DNA of 64,000 bases from an uncultured Bacilli bacterium (GTDB lineage Bacteria; Bacillota_I; Bacilli_A; RF39; UBA660), in contig CANQPC010000001.1 of NCBI GenBank assembly GCA_947625625.1, positions 25,258-89,257 on the forward strand. Direction: 5' to 3'. Under the pieces are notes generated by a model that saw nothing but the letters and a program-made list of their open reading frames with translations, made no database searches and was not told the origin of the DNA. Position numbers and translations under genes: made by a program. Below are positions 20,712 through 30,568 of this stretch, piece by piece. The first letter of the stretch is position 1. Each line of letters opens with the position of its first letter.

Positions 20712-21710
20712 ATGAAAATAGCAATTAATGGTTTTGGAAGAATTGGAAGACTTGTATTTAGATTAATGGAAGAAGATAATTTTTTTGATGTCGTAGCGAT
20801 AAATGATTTATCTAGTCCAGAAGAACTTGCTTACTTACTTAAATATGATACAAATCATCGTAATTATGAAAAGAATATTACTTTCGATGAAGAGGGAATT
20901 ATAGTAGATGGCAAAAAGATTAAGGTATTAGCGGAAAAAGAACCAAAGAATTTACCTTGGAAAGAAATGAATATTGATTTGGTATTTGAATGTACGGGAA
21001 AATTTACTAAGGAAGATGATGCTAAAAAGCATATTATAGCAGGAGCTAAAAAAGTACTTGTCAGTGCTCCTTGTAAAGGAAATGTTAAAACAGTTGTCTA
21101 TAATGTAAATGATGATATTATAAGTAGTGATGATAATATTTTATCAGCGGCTTCTTGTACGACAAACTGTCTTGCACCAGTACTTAAAGTACTTCAAGAT
21201 AATTTTGGAGTGAGTAAAGGTTTTATGACGACAATTCATGCCTATACTAACGATCAAGTGACACTCGATGTGGCTCATAAAAAAGGTATTAAAGAGAGAA
21301 GAGGAAGAGCATGTGCAATGAATATTATTCCTACTTCGACTGGGGCCGCTAGTGCAATTGGAAAAGTACTTCCGGAGTTAGATGGAAAATTATCGGGAGG
21401 AGCAATTAGAGTACCTGTTCCTGATGGTTCTCTTATCGACTTATCTCTTACTTTAAATAAAAATACGACGGAAGAAGAGATTAATAAGGTGTTTTTAGAT
21501 AATCAAAATGAAACGATAAAAGCTACTTTTGATCCAATAGTGTCTTCGGATGTTATCGGTAGTACTTATGGAGCTATTGTCGATTTATCGTTAACAAAAA
21601 TAGTAAATAATTTGGACGAACAGATGATTAAAGTAATAGCATGGTACGATAACGAAATGGGCTATTCAGCACAAATGGTTAGAACGGCAAAGAAATTTTT
21701 AGAAAGATAA
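20712..21710 (+). CDS. gap: Glyceraldehyde-3-phosphate dehydrogenase
   Basis: INGFGRIGR Rossmann motif, SCTTNCLAP catalytic Cys motif. Confidence 0.9.
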   Translation: MKIAINGFGRIGRLVFRLMEEDNFFDVVAINDLSSPEELAYLLKYDTNHRNYEKNITFDEEGIIVDGKKIKVLAEKEPKNLPWKEMNIDLVFECTGKFTKEDDAKKHIIAGAKKVLVSAPCKGNVKTVVYNVNDDIISSDDNILSAASCTTNCLAPVLKVLQDNFGVSKGFMTTIHAYTNDQVTLDVAHKKGIKERRGRACAMNIIPTSTGAASAIGKVLPELDGKLSGGAIRVPVPDGSLIDLSLTLNKNTTEEEINKVFLDNQNETIKATFDPIVSSDVIGSTYGAIVDLSLTKIVNNLDEQMIKVIAWYDNEMGYSAQMVRTAKKFLER

Positions 21711-21767
21711 TGGGTATTGTCTTTCTTTTTTTCTGTCTTTGGAAAGATGTTTTTGAAATTAAATTAC

Positions 21768-21802
21768 TTGACAAGGGGAAATTTCTAAGATACAATTAAT
21801 TT
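21768..21802 (+). promoter_or_regulatory. Sigma-A type promoter TTGACA-17-TACAAT upstream of rny
   Basis: Consensus -35 and near-consensus -10 with 17-bp spacer. Confidence 0.45.
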
Positions 21803-21862
21803 GTATAGTTTAAATTAAAATTAAATAATTTTTTCTATAAATGAATTTAGAATGGAGGCGAT

Positions 21863-23419
21863 ATGATGAGTGAAACAGTTTTCTCCATTTTACTATTTGT
21901 TCTTGGATTAATTTTAGGGTTAGTTTCAATATTTGTTATTAACTTTTTAAGAAAAAAGAAAGACCAGAAAAAAGCTGATTCAATAATAGATAATGCTAAA
22001 AAAGATGCTGATAAGATTAAGAGAGACTCTCTATTTGAGACAAAAGAAGAAATCCATAAATTAAAAATGGATACTGACAAAGAAATTAAAGAGAAAAAGA
22101 AAGAAATTAAAGATCAAGAAGATAGACTTTTACAGAGAGAAAATAATATCGATAGAAGAGATGTTGCTCTTCAAAATAGAGAGAATTCTCTCGAAGAAAG
22201 AGAAAATGGTCTATTAGAAAAACAACAAAAAATTCAAGATGCAAAAGAAGAAATGGAAGAATTAAAAAGAAAAGAACTTGAAGAATTGGAAAAGATTGGA
22301 AAGTATACTAAGGAACAAGCAAGGGATGCTATAATGAAAGCTGTCGAAGAAAAGATGACAAAAGAGATGGCAGCTTATATAAAGGAAATGGAAGCAGAAG
22401 CAAAACTTGAAGTTCAAGAAAAATCGAAAGAATTGCTTGTCGGAACAATGCAAAAATATGCCGCTGATATTACGAGTGAGCAGACAGTTTCAGTTATTAC
22501 TTTACCTAACGACGAGATGAAAGGTAGATTAATTGGTAGAGAAGGTAGAAATATTAGGACGATAGAATCGGTTACTGGTGTCGATTTGATAATTGATGAT
22601 ACGCCAGAGGCGATAGTTATTTCTAGTTTCGATCCTTTACGAAGAGAAATAGCGAGACTTACTTTGGAAACTTTAATTAAAGATGGTAGAATACATCCTG
22701 CTAGAATTGAAGAATTATATGCTAAAACATGTGCGGATGTCAGACAAGCTATTAAGGAGTATGGTAAAAATGCTCTATACGAGCTCGGTCTATCGAAAAT
22801 GGATCCAGAGCTAGTGGAAATAGTTGGAAAACTTCATTTTAGAAGCAGTTACGGACAGAATGCTTTAAGTCATTCGATGGAGGTAGCTAATTTGGCAGGT
22901 ATACTTGCTTCGGAACTTGGTGAAAATGTTAATTTGGCTAAGAGAGCAGGACTTCTTCACGATATTGGAAAAGCTATCGACTTTGAAATGGAAGGTAGTC
23001 ATGTAAAAATTGGAGTCGATTTAGCAAAGAAATATGGCGAAGATGAAGTGGTAATAAATGCTATTGCTTCACATCATGGTGATGTTGAGCCTACAAGTAT
23101 TATTTCTTCGATAGTGGCTATTGCCGATACTATTTCTGCTTCGAGACCGGGAGCAAGAAATGATTCTTCGGAAAATTATATTCAGAGATTAGAGCAGTTA
23201 GAAGAAATAGGTAATAAGATGCCCGGTGTCGACAAGGCTTATGCAATTCAAGCTGGCAGAGAACTTAGAGTTATGGTTAAACCGGAAGAAGTTGATGATT
23301 TAACGGCACATCAGCTAGCTAGAGAAATAAAAGAAAAGATAGAAAATGAACTTAAGTATCCTGGTACAATTAAAGTTACAGTTATAAGAGAAACTAGGGC
23401 TTCGGAAGAAGCAAAATAG
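21863..23419 (+). CDS. rny: Ribonuclease Y
   Basis: N-terminal TM, coiled-coil, KH ([12 protein letters not shown]) and HD domain (LLHDIGK). Confidence 0.9.
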   Translation: MMSETVFSILLFVLGLILGLVSIFVINFLRKKKDQKKADSIIDNAKKDADKIKRDSLFETKEEIHKLKMDTDKEIKEKKKEIKDQEDRLLQRENNIDRRDVALQNRENSLEERENGLLEKQQKIQDAKEEMEELKRKELEELEKIGKYTKEQARDAIMKAVEEKMTKEMAAYIKEMEAEAKLEVQEKSKELLVGTMQKYAADITSEQTVSVITLPNDEMKGRLIGREGRNIRTIESVTGVDLIIDDTPEAIVISSFDPLRREIARLTLETLIKDGRIHPARIEELYAKTCADVRQAIKEYGKNALYELGLSKMDPELVEIVGKLHFRSSYGQNALSHSMEVANLAGILASELGENVNLAKRAGLLHDIGKAIDFEMEGSHVKIGVDLAKKYGEDEVVINAIASHHGDVEPTSIISSIVAIADTISASRPGARNDSSENYIQRLEQLEEIGNKMPGVDKAYAIQAGRELRVMVKPEEVDDLTAHQLAREIKEKIENELKYPGTIKVTVIRETRASEEAK

Positions 23420-23461
23420 TTTCTTTTTCTTTACATTTCAATAATAAGATGTTATACTTTA

Positions 23462-23833
23462 ATGGTAAAGGTTGTGAATGTAGTGAGTGACAAAACTGTT
23501 AATATTAAGTGTATGGATGATGATGATTTTGCCTATAGCAGATTTGTTCAGCATGGTTGTGGAAATATTATTTCTTTAAATGAAGATAATGTTTTTACTG
23601 TTTTATGTGTCGATTATTTTGGAGATACTATGGTGCAATATTATACTGTCTGCCCGAAATGTGGTTATATGGTTATGATCGACGAAAAGGATTTGACCCC
23701 AGAATTAAAAATGAGTGCTTATGCTAGTATGACGAAAAATCCTTTTCAGTTTAAGTTAAATTGTCTTCGTTCGGAAACGATTTATTGGAAGAATAAAAAT
23801 AGGGAAGCTGTCAAGAAGAAAATAAAAATATAA
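23462..23833 (+). CDS. Hypothetical protein with C4 zinc-ribbon (CPKCG)
   Basis: ORF track; no homolog recognised. Confidence 0.35.
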   Translation: MVKVVNVVSDKTVNIKCMDDDDFAYSRFVQHGCGNIISLNEDNVFTVLCVDYFGDTMVQYYTVCPKCGYMVMIDEKDLTPELKMSAYASMTKNPFQFKLNCLRSETIYWKNKNREAVKKKIKI

Positions 23834-23853
23834 TGATATTTGAAGGAGGTTTT

Positions 23854-24816
23854 ATGGGATTATTTGATAAAATAAAGAAGGCCTTTAGTAAAGATAAAGA
23901 AGCTATAAAGTATGATACTGGTCTTACAAAGACAAGACGGGAATTTACTACAGAAATAAGTAATTTATCAAAAAAATATCGAAATATTGATGATGATTAT
24001 TTTGAAGAATTAGAAAATATCTTAATTATGGCTGATATTGGTATTAATACGGTAATGAAGTTTGTCGATAAGCTTAAAGATAGGGTTAAGGAAGAAAAAA
24101 TAAAAGATACTGATACTTTGAAAGAAATCATTGTCGATGAACTGATGATTATGTATATCGATAGCGGTATATTAGATAGTAAGATAAAATATAGCGATAA
24201 TGGACCGACAGTAATTTTATTTGTCGGTGTAAATGGTGTCGGAAAGACTACTAGTATTGGAAAAATAGCTAGTAAACTTAAAAAAGAGGGGAAAAAAGTC
24301 CTACTAGTAGCGGGTGATACTTTTCGAGCGGGAGCAGTAGAACAGATTATTGAATGGGGGAAAAGAATTGATGTACCTGTCGTTAGTACTGATTCAAAAG
24401 ATCCTTCGGCGACTGTATATGATGGAGTTAATATAGCTTTGAAAGAAAATTATGATGTCGTATTAATCGACACTGCTGGTAGACTTCAAAATAAGGTTAA
24501 TTTGATGAACGAACTTGGTAAAATTAACAGTGTTATTAAAAAGCTGATACCAGATGCTCCTCATGAGACACTTCTCGTTATCGATGCGACAACAGGACAA
24601 AATGGAATAGCACAAGCTAAAGCTTTTAATGATGTTACTGATATTACGGGAATTGTTCTCTCAAAATTAGATGGTACCGCTAAAGGGGGAATTGTTCTTG
24701 CCATTAGAGAAGAAGTAAATATACCGGTAAAGTTTGTGGGATTAGGAGAAAAAGAAGAAGATTTGGAACCATTTGATATTGAAAAATATATTTATGGATT
24801 GTTTAAAGATTTATAG
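23854..24816 (+). CDS. ftsY: Signal recognition particle receptor FtsY
   Basis: NG domain motifs GVNGVGKTT, DTAGR, GKGG; GGAGG RBS before ATG 23854. Confidence 0.9.
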   Translation: MGLFDKIKKAFSKDKEAIKYDTGLTKTRREFTTEISNLSKKYRNIDDDYFEELENILIMADIGINTVMKFVDKLKDRVKEEKIKDTDTLKEIIVDELMIMYIDSGILDSKIKYSDNGPTVILFVGVNGVGKTTSIGKIASKLKKEGKKVLLVAGDTFRAGAVEQIIEWGKRIDVPVVSTDSKDPSATVYDGVNIALKENYDVVLIDTAGRLQNKVNLMNELGKINSVIKKLIPDAPHETLLVIDATTGQNGIAQAKAFNDVTDITGIVLSKLDGTAKGGIVLAIREEVNIPVKFVGLGEKEEDLEPFDIEKYIYGLFKDL

Positions 24817-24830
24817 AAAGGGAGATTATT

Positions 24831-25223
24831 ATGAAAAAAGAAGAAAAAAAGGATAAAAAAAGTAATGCTAAAGATAAAGATGTAAAAGTAAAAAATAAGA
24901 ATGTTGATAAAAATAAGGAAAAAAATAATAAAAAGAAGAAAAAAGAGGAAAAATATAAAATGGTCGATAGTGATAAGCTAAGAAAAGTAGAACTTGTCAT
25001 TACGACGATTGTGGGAATAGTTTTTCTAATACTTTTATTTTTTGCAGTTACTAATGATTTATTCATGCCCGCTGCACTTATATCTTTTGCTTTATTCTTA
25101 TTTTGTATCTGCTATTACTATATTGAAGATGAAAATAAAAAGACAATGGTGTATGTACTTTTTTCTCTCGGTGTATTACTTATAGTAATAGAAGTTATTT
25201 ATACATTAGTTAAGGTTTATTAA
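24831..25223 (+). CDS. Lys-rich N-terminus, 3-TM membrane protein (hypothetical)
   Basis: ORF track; 45-aa K/E/N-rich low-complexity N-terminus then TM helices. Confidence 0.4.
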   Translation: MKKEEKKDKKSNAKDKDVKVKNKNVDKNKEKNNKKKKKEEKYKMVDSDKLRKVELVITTIVGIVFLILLFFAVTNDLFMPAALISFALFLFCICYYYIEDENKKTMVYVLFSLGVLLIVIEVIYTLVKVY

Positions 25224-25516
25224 TGGAAGAAGTTAATTATTTGATAATGCTCTATGATTTTTATGGAGAGCTTTTGAGTGATAAGCAGAGGGAATATTTT
25301 GAAGATTATTATTTTAATAATTTATCTTTAGGTGAAATAAGTGAAAATACAGGTTTAAGTAGAAATGCTATTCATAAGAATATTAAAAATAGTGAAGATA
25401 GACTTAATTTTTATGAAGAAAAGTTAGGATTATATAAAAAGAGAATAAAACTTGAAGAAATTATTAAGTCTATTAATGATGAAAATATAGCAAAGAGGCT
25501 TAGTGATTTGTATTAG
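25223..25516 (+). CDS. ylxM: YlxM/p13-like putative DNA-binding protein (UPF0122)
   Basis: LYDFYGELLSDKQREYFEDYYFNNLSLGEISENTGLSRNAIHKNIK matches YlxM sigma-70-r4-like HTH; normally precedes ffh. Confidence 0.7.
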   Translation: MEEVNYLIMLYDFYGELLSDKQREYFEDYYFNNLSLGEISENTGLSRNAIHKNIKNSEDRLNFYEEKLGLYKKRIKLEEIIKSINDENIAKRLSDLY

Positions 25517-25525
25517 GAGAAAATT

Positions 25526-25663
25526 ATGACAAATAGAAAATATAAGATGTATTATGATTATCGAAAGAGAACTAGAGGGGGATTTTTAGATGCAATATTT
25601 TTATCATCAATATTGCTTACGGGTTTTGTTTTAATTTTTCTTACTATGATAGGAGTGAAATAG
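25526..25663 (+). CDS. Small basic TM peptide (45 aa), translationally coupled to downstream AAA ATPase
   Basis: AGGAG RBS; stop TAG abuts ATG of 25664 gene; hydrophobic C-terminal helix. Confidence 0.35.
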   Translation: MTNRKYKMYYDYRKRTRGGFLDAIFLSSILLTGFVLIFLTMIGVK

Positions 25664-26557
25664 ATGGAATCGATATTAGATAGATTTGCGGACAATTTGA
25701 CAGATGTTACTTATATTACTAATCCCGCTATTGCACGTGATGATGAGATTAAAAAATTAATACTTGTCCTTCTTACTCCAGAAAAATCTGCTGTTTTAGT
25801 AGGTAAACCTGGTATTGGTAAAACGGCTATAGTTGAAGGACTGGCATATCGTATTCAAAGAAATGAAGTACCAGAAGCATTACAGGGTTATACGATATAC
25901 AGAGTAAATACGACAGCTCTCATTAATACTAACGGAGAAGAAAATAGGGTATTAAAATTAGTTGAAGAATTAAAAAATAGAGAAAAAGTAATATTATTTA
26001 TCGATGAGATTCATACGTTAATTGGAAGTGACGCACAAGGAGCATTAGATCTTGCTAATATGTTTAAGGAAGGTTTAAGTAGAGGAACTATTAAAATGAT
26101 AGGAGCAACGACAACTTATGAATACGAACAATATATTATGCGAGATAAAGCCTTTCTTAGAAGATTTGAGAAAGTTGATGTCTCTGAACCTACGGAAGAA
26201 ATGACAGTTGAGATTCTCATGAAGACGCTTCCTAAATTGGAGAAGCAAACGGGAGTAATACTTCCTTATACTGATTTTATTAAAGAGAAAATAATGAAAT
26301 TTATTGTGGGTATGACTACGGAATTTAAAAGGGTATACGAAATATCTTCGAGATATCCTGATATTGCTCTAGTAATACTTAGACAATGTTTTTCCAATGC
26401 AATTTATGAAAATAGAAGAACGATTAATTTTAAAAATATATATGATGCTGTAAGTACAACGAAAGCAGTTTATCCTGATGTTATAGCAAAAGAATTAGTT
26501 AATTTTAAAGAAATATTTAAGGAAGAATTAAAAATAGAGAAAATTGAACTTCCATAA
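25664..26557 (+). CDS. Orphan AAA+ ATPase corresponding to the ClpA/ClpB D1 nucleotide-binding domain only (no N-domain, no D2)
   Basis: LDRF..NLT, Walker A GKPGIGKTAIVEGLAYRI, Walker B ILFIDEIHTLIG, sensor/arginine-finger region FLRRFEKVDVSEP align to ClpB D1; ORF ends after ~297 aa. Confidence 0.6.
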   Translation: MESILDRFADNLTDVTYITNPAIARDDEIKKLILVLLTPEKSAVLVGKPGIGKTAIVEGLAYRIQRNEVPEALQGYTIYRVNTTALINTNGEENRVLKLVEELKNREKVILFIDEIHTLIGSDAQGALDLANMFKEGLSRGTIKMIGATTTYEYEQYIMRDKAFLRRFEKVDVSEPTEEMTVEILMKTLPKLEKQTGVILPYTDFIKEKIMKFIVGMTTEFKRVYEISSRYPDIALVILRQCFSNAIYENRRTINFKNIYDAVSTTKAVYPDVIAKELVNFKEIFKEELKIEKIELP

Positions 26558-26571
26558 TTAGAATATTTTAA

Positions 26572-26600
26572 AATCTCAAAAAGTACTTTGAGGTTTTTTG
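26572..26600 (+). terminator. Rho-independent terminator (TCTCAAA-AAGTAC-TTTGAGG + T-run)
   Basis: Hairpin + TTTTTTG after stop of AAA gene. Confidence 0.5.
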
Positions 26601-26669
26601 TTTAATAGAATATTTTATACTTGCTAATTTTAGGAGATATTATATAATATTATTAGAAGAAGGTGAACT

Positions 26670-28124
26670 ATGTCAGTTAGAGATATTTTAGATAATATTA
26701 ATTATAAACTTGTAAAGGGAAGTTTAGATACTGAGGTAAAGAACATTATATATGATTCAAGAAAAGTAAATAAAGGAGATTTATTTATTGCTTTAAGAGG
26801 ACAAAATAGTGACGGGCACGATTATATAGATATGGCTATCGAAAGTGGTGCTAAAGTAATAGTAATAGATAAAAAGATGGAAATTTTAGATGATGTGACA
26901 GTTATTGAGGTTGACGATACGAGAAAGAGTTTATCGTATATGGCAAGTAATTTTTTTAGTAGACCTTTTGAAGATGTCGTATCGATTGCTATTACGGGAA
27001 CGAAAGGGAAAACAACTACTTCGTGGATGATTAAAAATATTTTGGAAGAAGATAATAAAAAAACTGGTGTTATTGGAACAATGGGAATATTTTATGATGA
27101 TAAACATTATGAAACGGTTAATACGACACCTGAATCTTATGAAATTCAAAAATATGCAAGGGAAATGGTCGATGCTGGAGTTAAATATATCGTCATGGAG
27201 GTTTCTTCGCAAGCTTTAAAAGTTGGAAGAGTTGAAGGAATTTTATTTGATTATGGAATATTTACGAATTTGACTAGGGATCATATTGGTGATGGAGAGC
27301 ATTCTGATATGGATGATTATATTTATTCGAAGAGTTTACTTTTTAAGCAATGTAAAAAAGGAATATTTAATATTGATGATTCTTACTATGAAAGAATGGT
27401 TAAGAATAGTACATGTGATATTCATACTTTTGGTCGTGATGATAAGGCTGATTTTAGAATAGATGGTTTTAAATTATTTCGAAGAGAACATTTTATTGGG
27501 GTTGAAGTAAATATTAAAGGGGTAATTAATGATACTTTCCTTATTAATACACCGGGAGAGTTTTCTGTATATAATGGTGTTTGTGCTATTGCGGTAGCAT
27601 ATTTATTGGGTTGTAATATTGACAGTATGAAAGTGGCTCTATCTAAAGTAGCGGTTAAAGGAAGAGTAGAAATTGTTCCGGTATCAGATAAATATAGTGT
27701 CATTATCGATTATGCTCACAATGGGGTAGCAATGGAAAATATTTTGACGACAATGAAAGCCTATCATCCGAAGAGAATAGTAAGTCTTTTTGGAGCGGGT
27801 GGCAATCGAAGTCGCGATCGAAGATTTGATATGGGAGAAGTATCAGGTAAGTATGCTGATTTGACAATTATTACTGAAGATAATTCGCGAATGGAAGATG
27901 TCAATGATATTATGAATGATATTGAAATTGGCATTAAAAGGACAAATGGTAAGTATATTAAGATAGCTAATAGAACAGATGCGATTAAGTATGCAATAGA
28001 TAATGCCATGGAGGGTGATATTATTCTTTTACTTGGAAAGGGACATGAAACATATCAAGATAAGAATGGTAAGAAGACTCATTATGACGAGAGAGAAGTT
28101 ATTAAAGAAATTATAAATAGTTAA
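26670..28124 (+). CDS. murE: UDP-N-acetylmuramoyl-L-alanyl-D-glutamate--2,6-diaminopimelate (or L-Lys) ligase
   Basis: Mur ligase motifs ITGTKGKTTT, DNADD-like region, C-terminal LGKGHE; located away from dcw cluster. Confidence 0.85.
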   Translation: MSVRDILDNINYKLVKGSLDTEVKNIIYDSRKVNKGDLFIALRGQNSDGHDYIDMAIESGAKVIVIDKKMEILDDVTVIEVDDTRKSLSYMASNFFSRPFEDVVSIAITGTKGKTTTSWMIKNILEEDNKKTGVIGTMGIFYDDKHYETVNTTPESYEIQKYAREMVDAGVKYIVMEVSSQALKVGRVEGILFDYGIFTNLTRDHIGDGEHSDMDDYIYSKSLLFKQCKKGIFNIDDSYYERMVKNSTCDIHTFGRDDKADFRIDGFKLFRREHFIGVEVNIKGVINDTFLINTPGEFSVYNGVCAIAVAYLLGCNIDSMKVALSKVAVKGRVEIVPVSDKYSVIIDYAHNGVAMENILTTMKAYHPKRIVSLFGAGGNRSRDRRFDMGEVSGKYADLTIITEDNSRMEDVNDIMNDIEIGIKRTNGKYIKIANRTDAIKYAIDNAMEGDIILLLGKGHETYQDKNGKKTHYDEREVIKEIINS

Positions 28125-28181
28125 TTTACTTTTAGAGATAAATTTGTTAAGATATAAATTAAGAGAAGGAGGGATACTGTT

Positions 28182-29438
28182 ATGGTACCATTTAAAAAAG
28201 CAAATATATTAATTCCAAAGAATGTCGATATGACAAAGTGGAGTGTCGTAGCATGCGACCAATATACTAGTGAGCCTGAATATTGGAAAGAGGTAGAAGA
28301 AATAGTAGGTGATGCGCCATCAACACTTCGAATTACTTTACCGGAAATATTTTTAGAAGAAGATGATGTCGAAAAGAGAATAAATAAAATTAATTCGGTA
28401 ATGAAAGAGTATGTCGATAGTGATTTATTTGAAGAACTTACTGATTCAATGATATATTTGGAGAGAAGACAAAGTGATGGAAGAATAAGAGAGGGTCTTA
28501 TTGGAATGGTCGATTTAGAAGATTATTCTTATGAAAAAGGCTCACAGTCATTAATTAGAGCAACAGAAAAAACAGTAATAGAAAGGATTCCACCTAGACT
28601 TAAAGTACGAGAGAATGCTTCTTTAGAGCTTCCACATATTATGATTTTAATCGACGATGAAAAAGAGGAAATAATTGAGAATTTAAAAAAGGAAGTTACA
28701 GAGAAAGATGTAGTATATGATTTTGACCTTATGGAAAATGGTGGTCATATAAAGGGTTATAAATTAAGTGACGCCTCTATGGAAAAGGTTATCGATGGAT
28801 TAGATAGACTTGCCGACAAGGATTATTTTGAAAAGAAATATAATGTTACTGATAAAGGAGTACTATTATTTGCAATGGGAGATGGTAATCATTCACTTGC
28901 TACGGCAAAGGCTAATTATGAGAATTTGAAGAAGACATTAAGTAGAGAAGAATATTTGAATAATCCCGCTAGATATGCTCTCGTTGAGCTTGTTAACTTA
29001 CATAGTAGTGCATTAGAATTTGAACCTATACATAGAGTTATCTTCGATACTGATGTTACAAAATTAGTAGATAGTCTATATAAGTATTACGATATAAATG
29101 AAGATGGAGAGGGACAAGAATTTGAACTTGTAACTAGTGATATCGATAAGAAACTATATATAAGTAATCCGAAATCTAATATTGCGGTTGGCTCTATTCA
29201 GATGTTCTTGGATGATTATTTGAAAGATAATAAAGGTAAAATAGACTATATACATGGAGATGTTACTACTAGAGGTATGGGTATGGAAAAAGGTAATGTG
29301 GCAATATTATTTAAGGCTATGCCTAAGAGTGAATTATTTAAGACGGTTATCTTAGATGGTGCTCTTCCTCGAAAGACGTTTTCAATGGGACATAGTTACG
29401 ATAAGAGATATTATTTAGAAGCAAGAAAGATTAAGTAG
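28182..29438 (+). CDS. DUF1015 family protein
   Basis: Length and conserved core consistent with DUF1015. Confidence 0.6.
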   Translation: MVPFKKANILIPKNVDMTKWSVVACDQYTSEPEYWKEVEEIVGDAPSTLRITLPEIFLEEDDVEKRINKINSVMKEYVDSDLFEELTDSMIYLERRQSDGRIREGLIGMVDLEDYSYEKGSQSLIRATEKTVIERIPPRLKVRENASLELPHIMILIDDEKEEIIENLKKEVTEKDVVYDFDLMENGGHIKGYKLSDASMEKVIDGLDRLADKDYFEKKYNVTDKGVLLFAMGDGNHSLATAKANYENLKKTLSREEYLNNPARYALVELVNLHSSALEFEPIHRVIFDTDVTKLVDSLYKYYDINEDGEGQEFELVTSDIDKKLYISNPKSNIAVGSIQMFLDDYLKDNKGKIDYIHGDVTTRGMGMEKGNVAILFKAMPKSELFKTVILDGALPRKTFSMGHSYDKRYYLEARKIK

Positions 29439-29461
29439 TAATATAAAGTTGTAAGATAAAA

Positions 29462-29496
29462 AGTAGACACAAAAAGATGTGTTTACTTTTTTTGAT
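29462..29496 (+). terminator. Rho-independent terminator (AGTAGACACA-loop-TGTGTTTACT + T7)
   Basis: 10-bp stem (1 mismatch) then TTTTTTT. Confidence 0.55.
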
Positions 29497-29564
29497 GATA
29501 CTATCTTTTAATGTTTTTTTGGAAATTTTAAGTGAAAATGTCTGGTTTTTATAAATCAATTTTA

Positions 29565-29690
29565 AGAGAGAATGCCTCTATGATTAAATATTTTTTGACA
29601 TTTTTTATGATTAAATATTTTTTGACATTTTTTATTGACTTTTTTATATAAAAGAAGTAGAATAGCTTCTATATTTTAAAGGAGGCGTGT
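29565..29690 (+). promoter_or_regulatory. Promoter region with tandem 27-bp direct repeat (ATGATTAAATATTTTTTGACATTTTTT x2), a third TTGACT -35 box, -10 TAGAAT, and a palindrome TAGAAtagcTTCTA
   Basis: Direct repeat visible at 29584..29637; TTGACT-17-TAGAAT at ~29639..29667. Confidence 0.4.
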
Positions 29691-29697
29691 GTCATTT

Positions 29698-30402
29698 ATG
29701 TTAGATTATTCACAAAATGATGACGAAAAAAAGATTTTTATATTAAATTATGAAGTAGATAATGGGATGCTAATTATTCATTTAGCTTCGGGATTAACTT
29801 ATAGGGTTCCCGATACTGGAAAAAACAGAGAGATAGTTAATAGAAAGATGGAAGAGCAAGTTAGAGAGGTTTCCGATAAAAATACTGTTACTTTATTAAA
29901 ACAAGATATTAATGATATAAAAGTTAAAAGTATAAAATGTGTTATGCTTTTTGTTACGGTAATTATTCTTTCTATGCTTGGCTTTTCAAGTAATATTTCT
30001 ATTGCCCTTTCGACTTGTTTGGGAGTAACTGGAACTATTGCTGTCAGTACCTTAGTAGCATCGCTTATAAAACTTATAAAATTAAATAGGCTTTATAAAG
30101 ATATAGAAAAAAATAAATTTTTCTTAGATAATGAAAAGGAGATAAATGAAGGCTTGAAAGAAGAAATTATAAGAGATAATATTACTACTAAAATTAAAAC
30201 TGATAATTTTGATATTAATACTGTCGATAAAGTACCACAAAAGGTATTAGATGAAATAGCTAATCTAGCTAATGTTCAAAGAAATTTTGAATTTGAAGAT
30301 GGTAATTTTGAAGAACATGAATTCGAAGATAGTAATTTTGAAGAACAAGAGCTTAACCATCCTAAGGTAAAGAGTAGAAAAAGGGAAATAAATAAGTGGT
30401 AA
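29698..30402 (+). CDS. Hypothetical membrane protein (2 TM, acidic F-E repeat tail)
   Basis: AAAGGAGG RBS before ATG 29698; central TM pair. Confidence 0.4.
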   Translation: MLDYSQNDDEKKIFILNYEVDNGMLIIHLASGLTYRVPDTGKNREIVNRKMEEQVREVSDKNTVTLLKQDINDIKVKSIKCVMLFVTVIILSMLGFSSNISIALSTCLGVTGTIAVSTLVASLIKLIKLNRLYKDIEKNKFFLDNEKEINEGLKEEIIRDNITTKIKTDNFDINTVDKVPQKVLDEIANLANVQRNFEFEDGNFEEHEFEDSNFEEQELNHPKVKSRKREINKW

Positions 30403-30568
30403 TTTAGATAAAAAAGGCGAAAAATATTTACTTATTTCACATAATATGGTAATATATTAATGGCTTTTCAGAAAAATATACACAAGTGTTGATTTAATTA
30501 TCCGAGTGCCATTTGGTGGATATTAAAGAAGAGATACTTGGAAGCAAAACGAAAGGAGAATGATAAAT

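Noticed and set aside
30430-30568. Possible structured rpsB leader or T-box upstream of S2
   Set aside because: Could not identify specifier/T-box or known leader motifs by eye; left unannotated.
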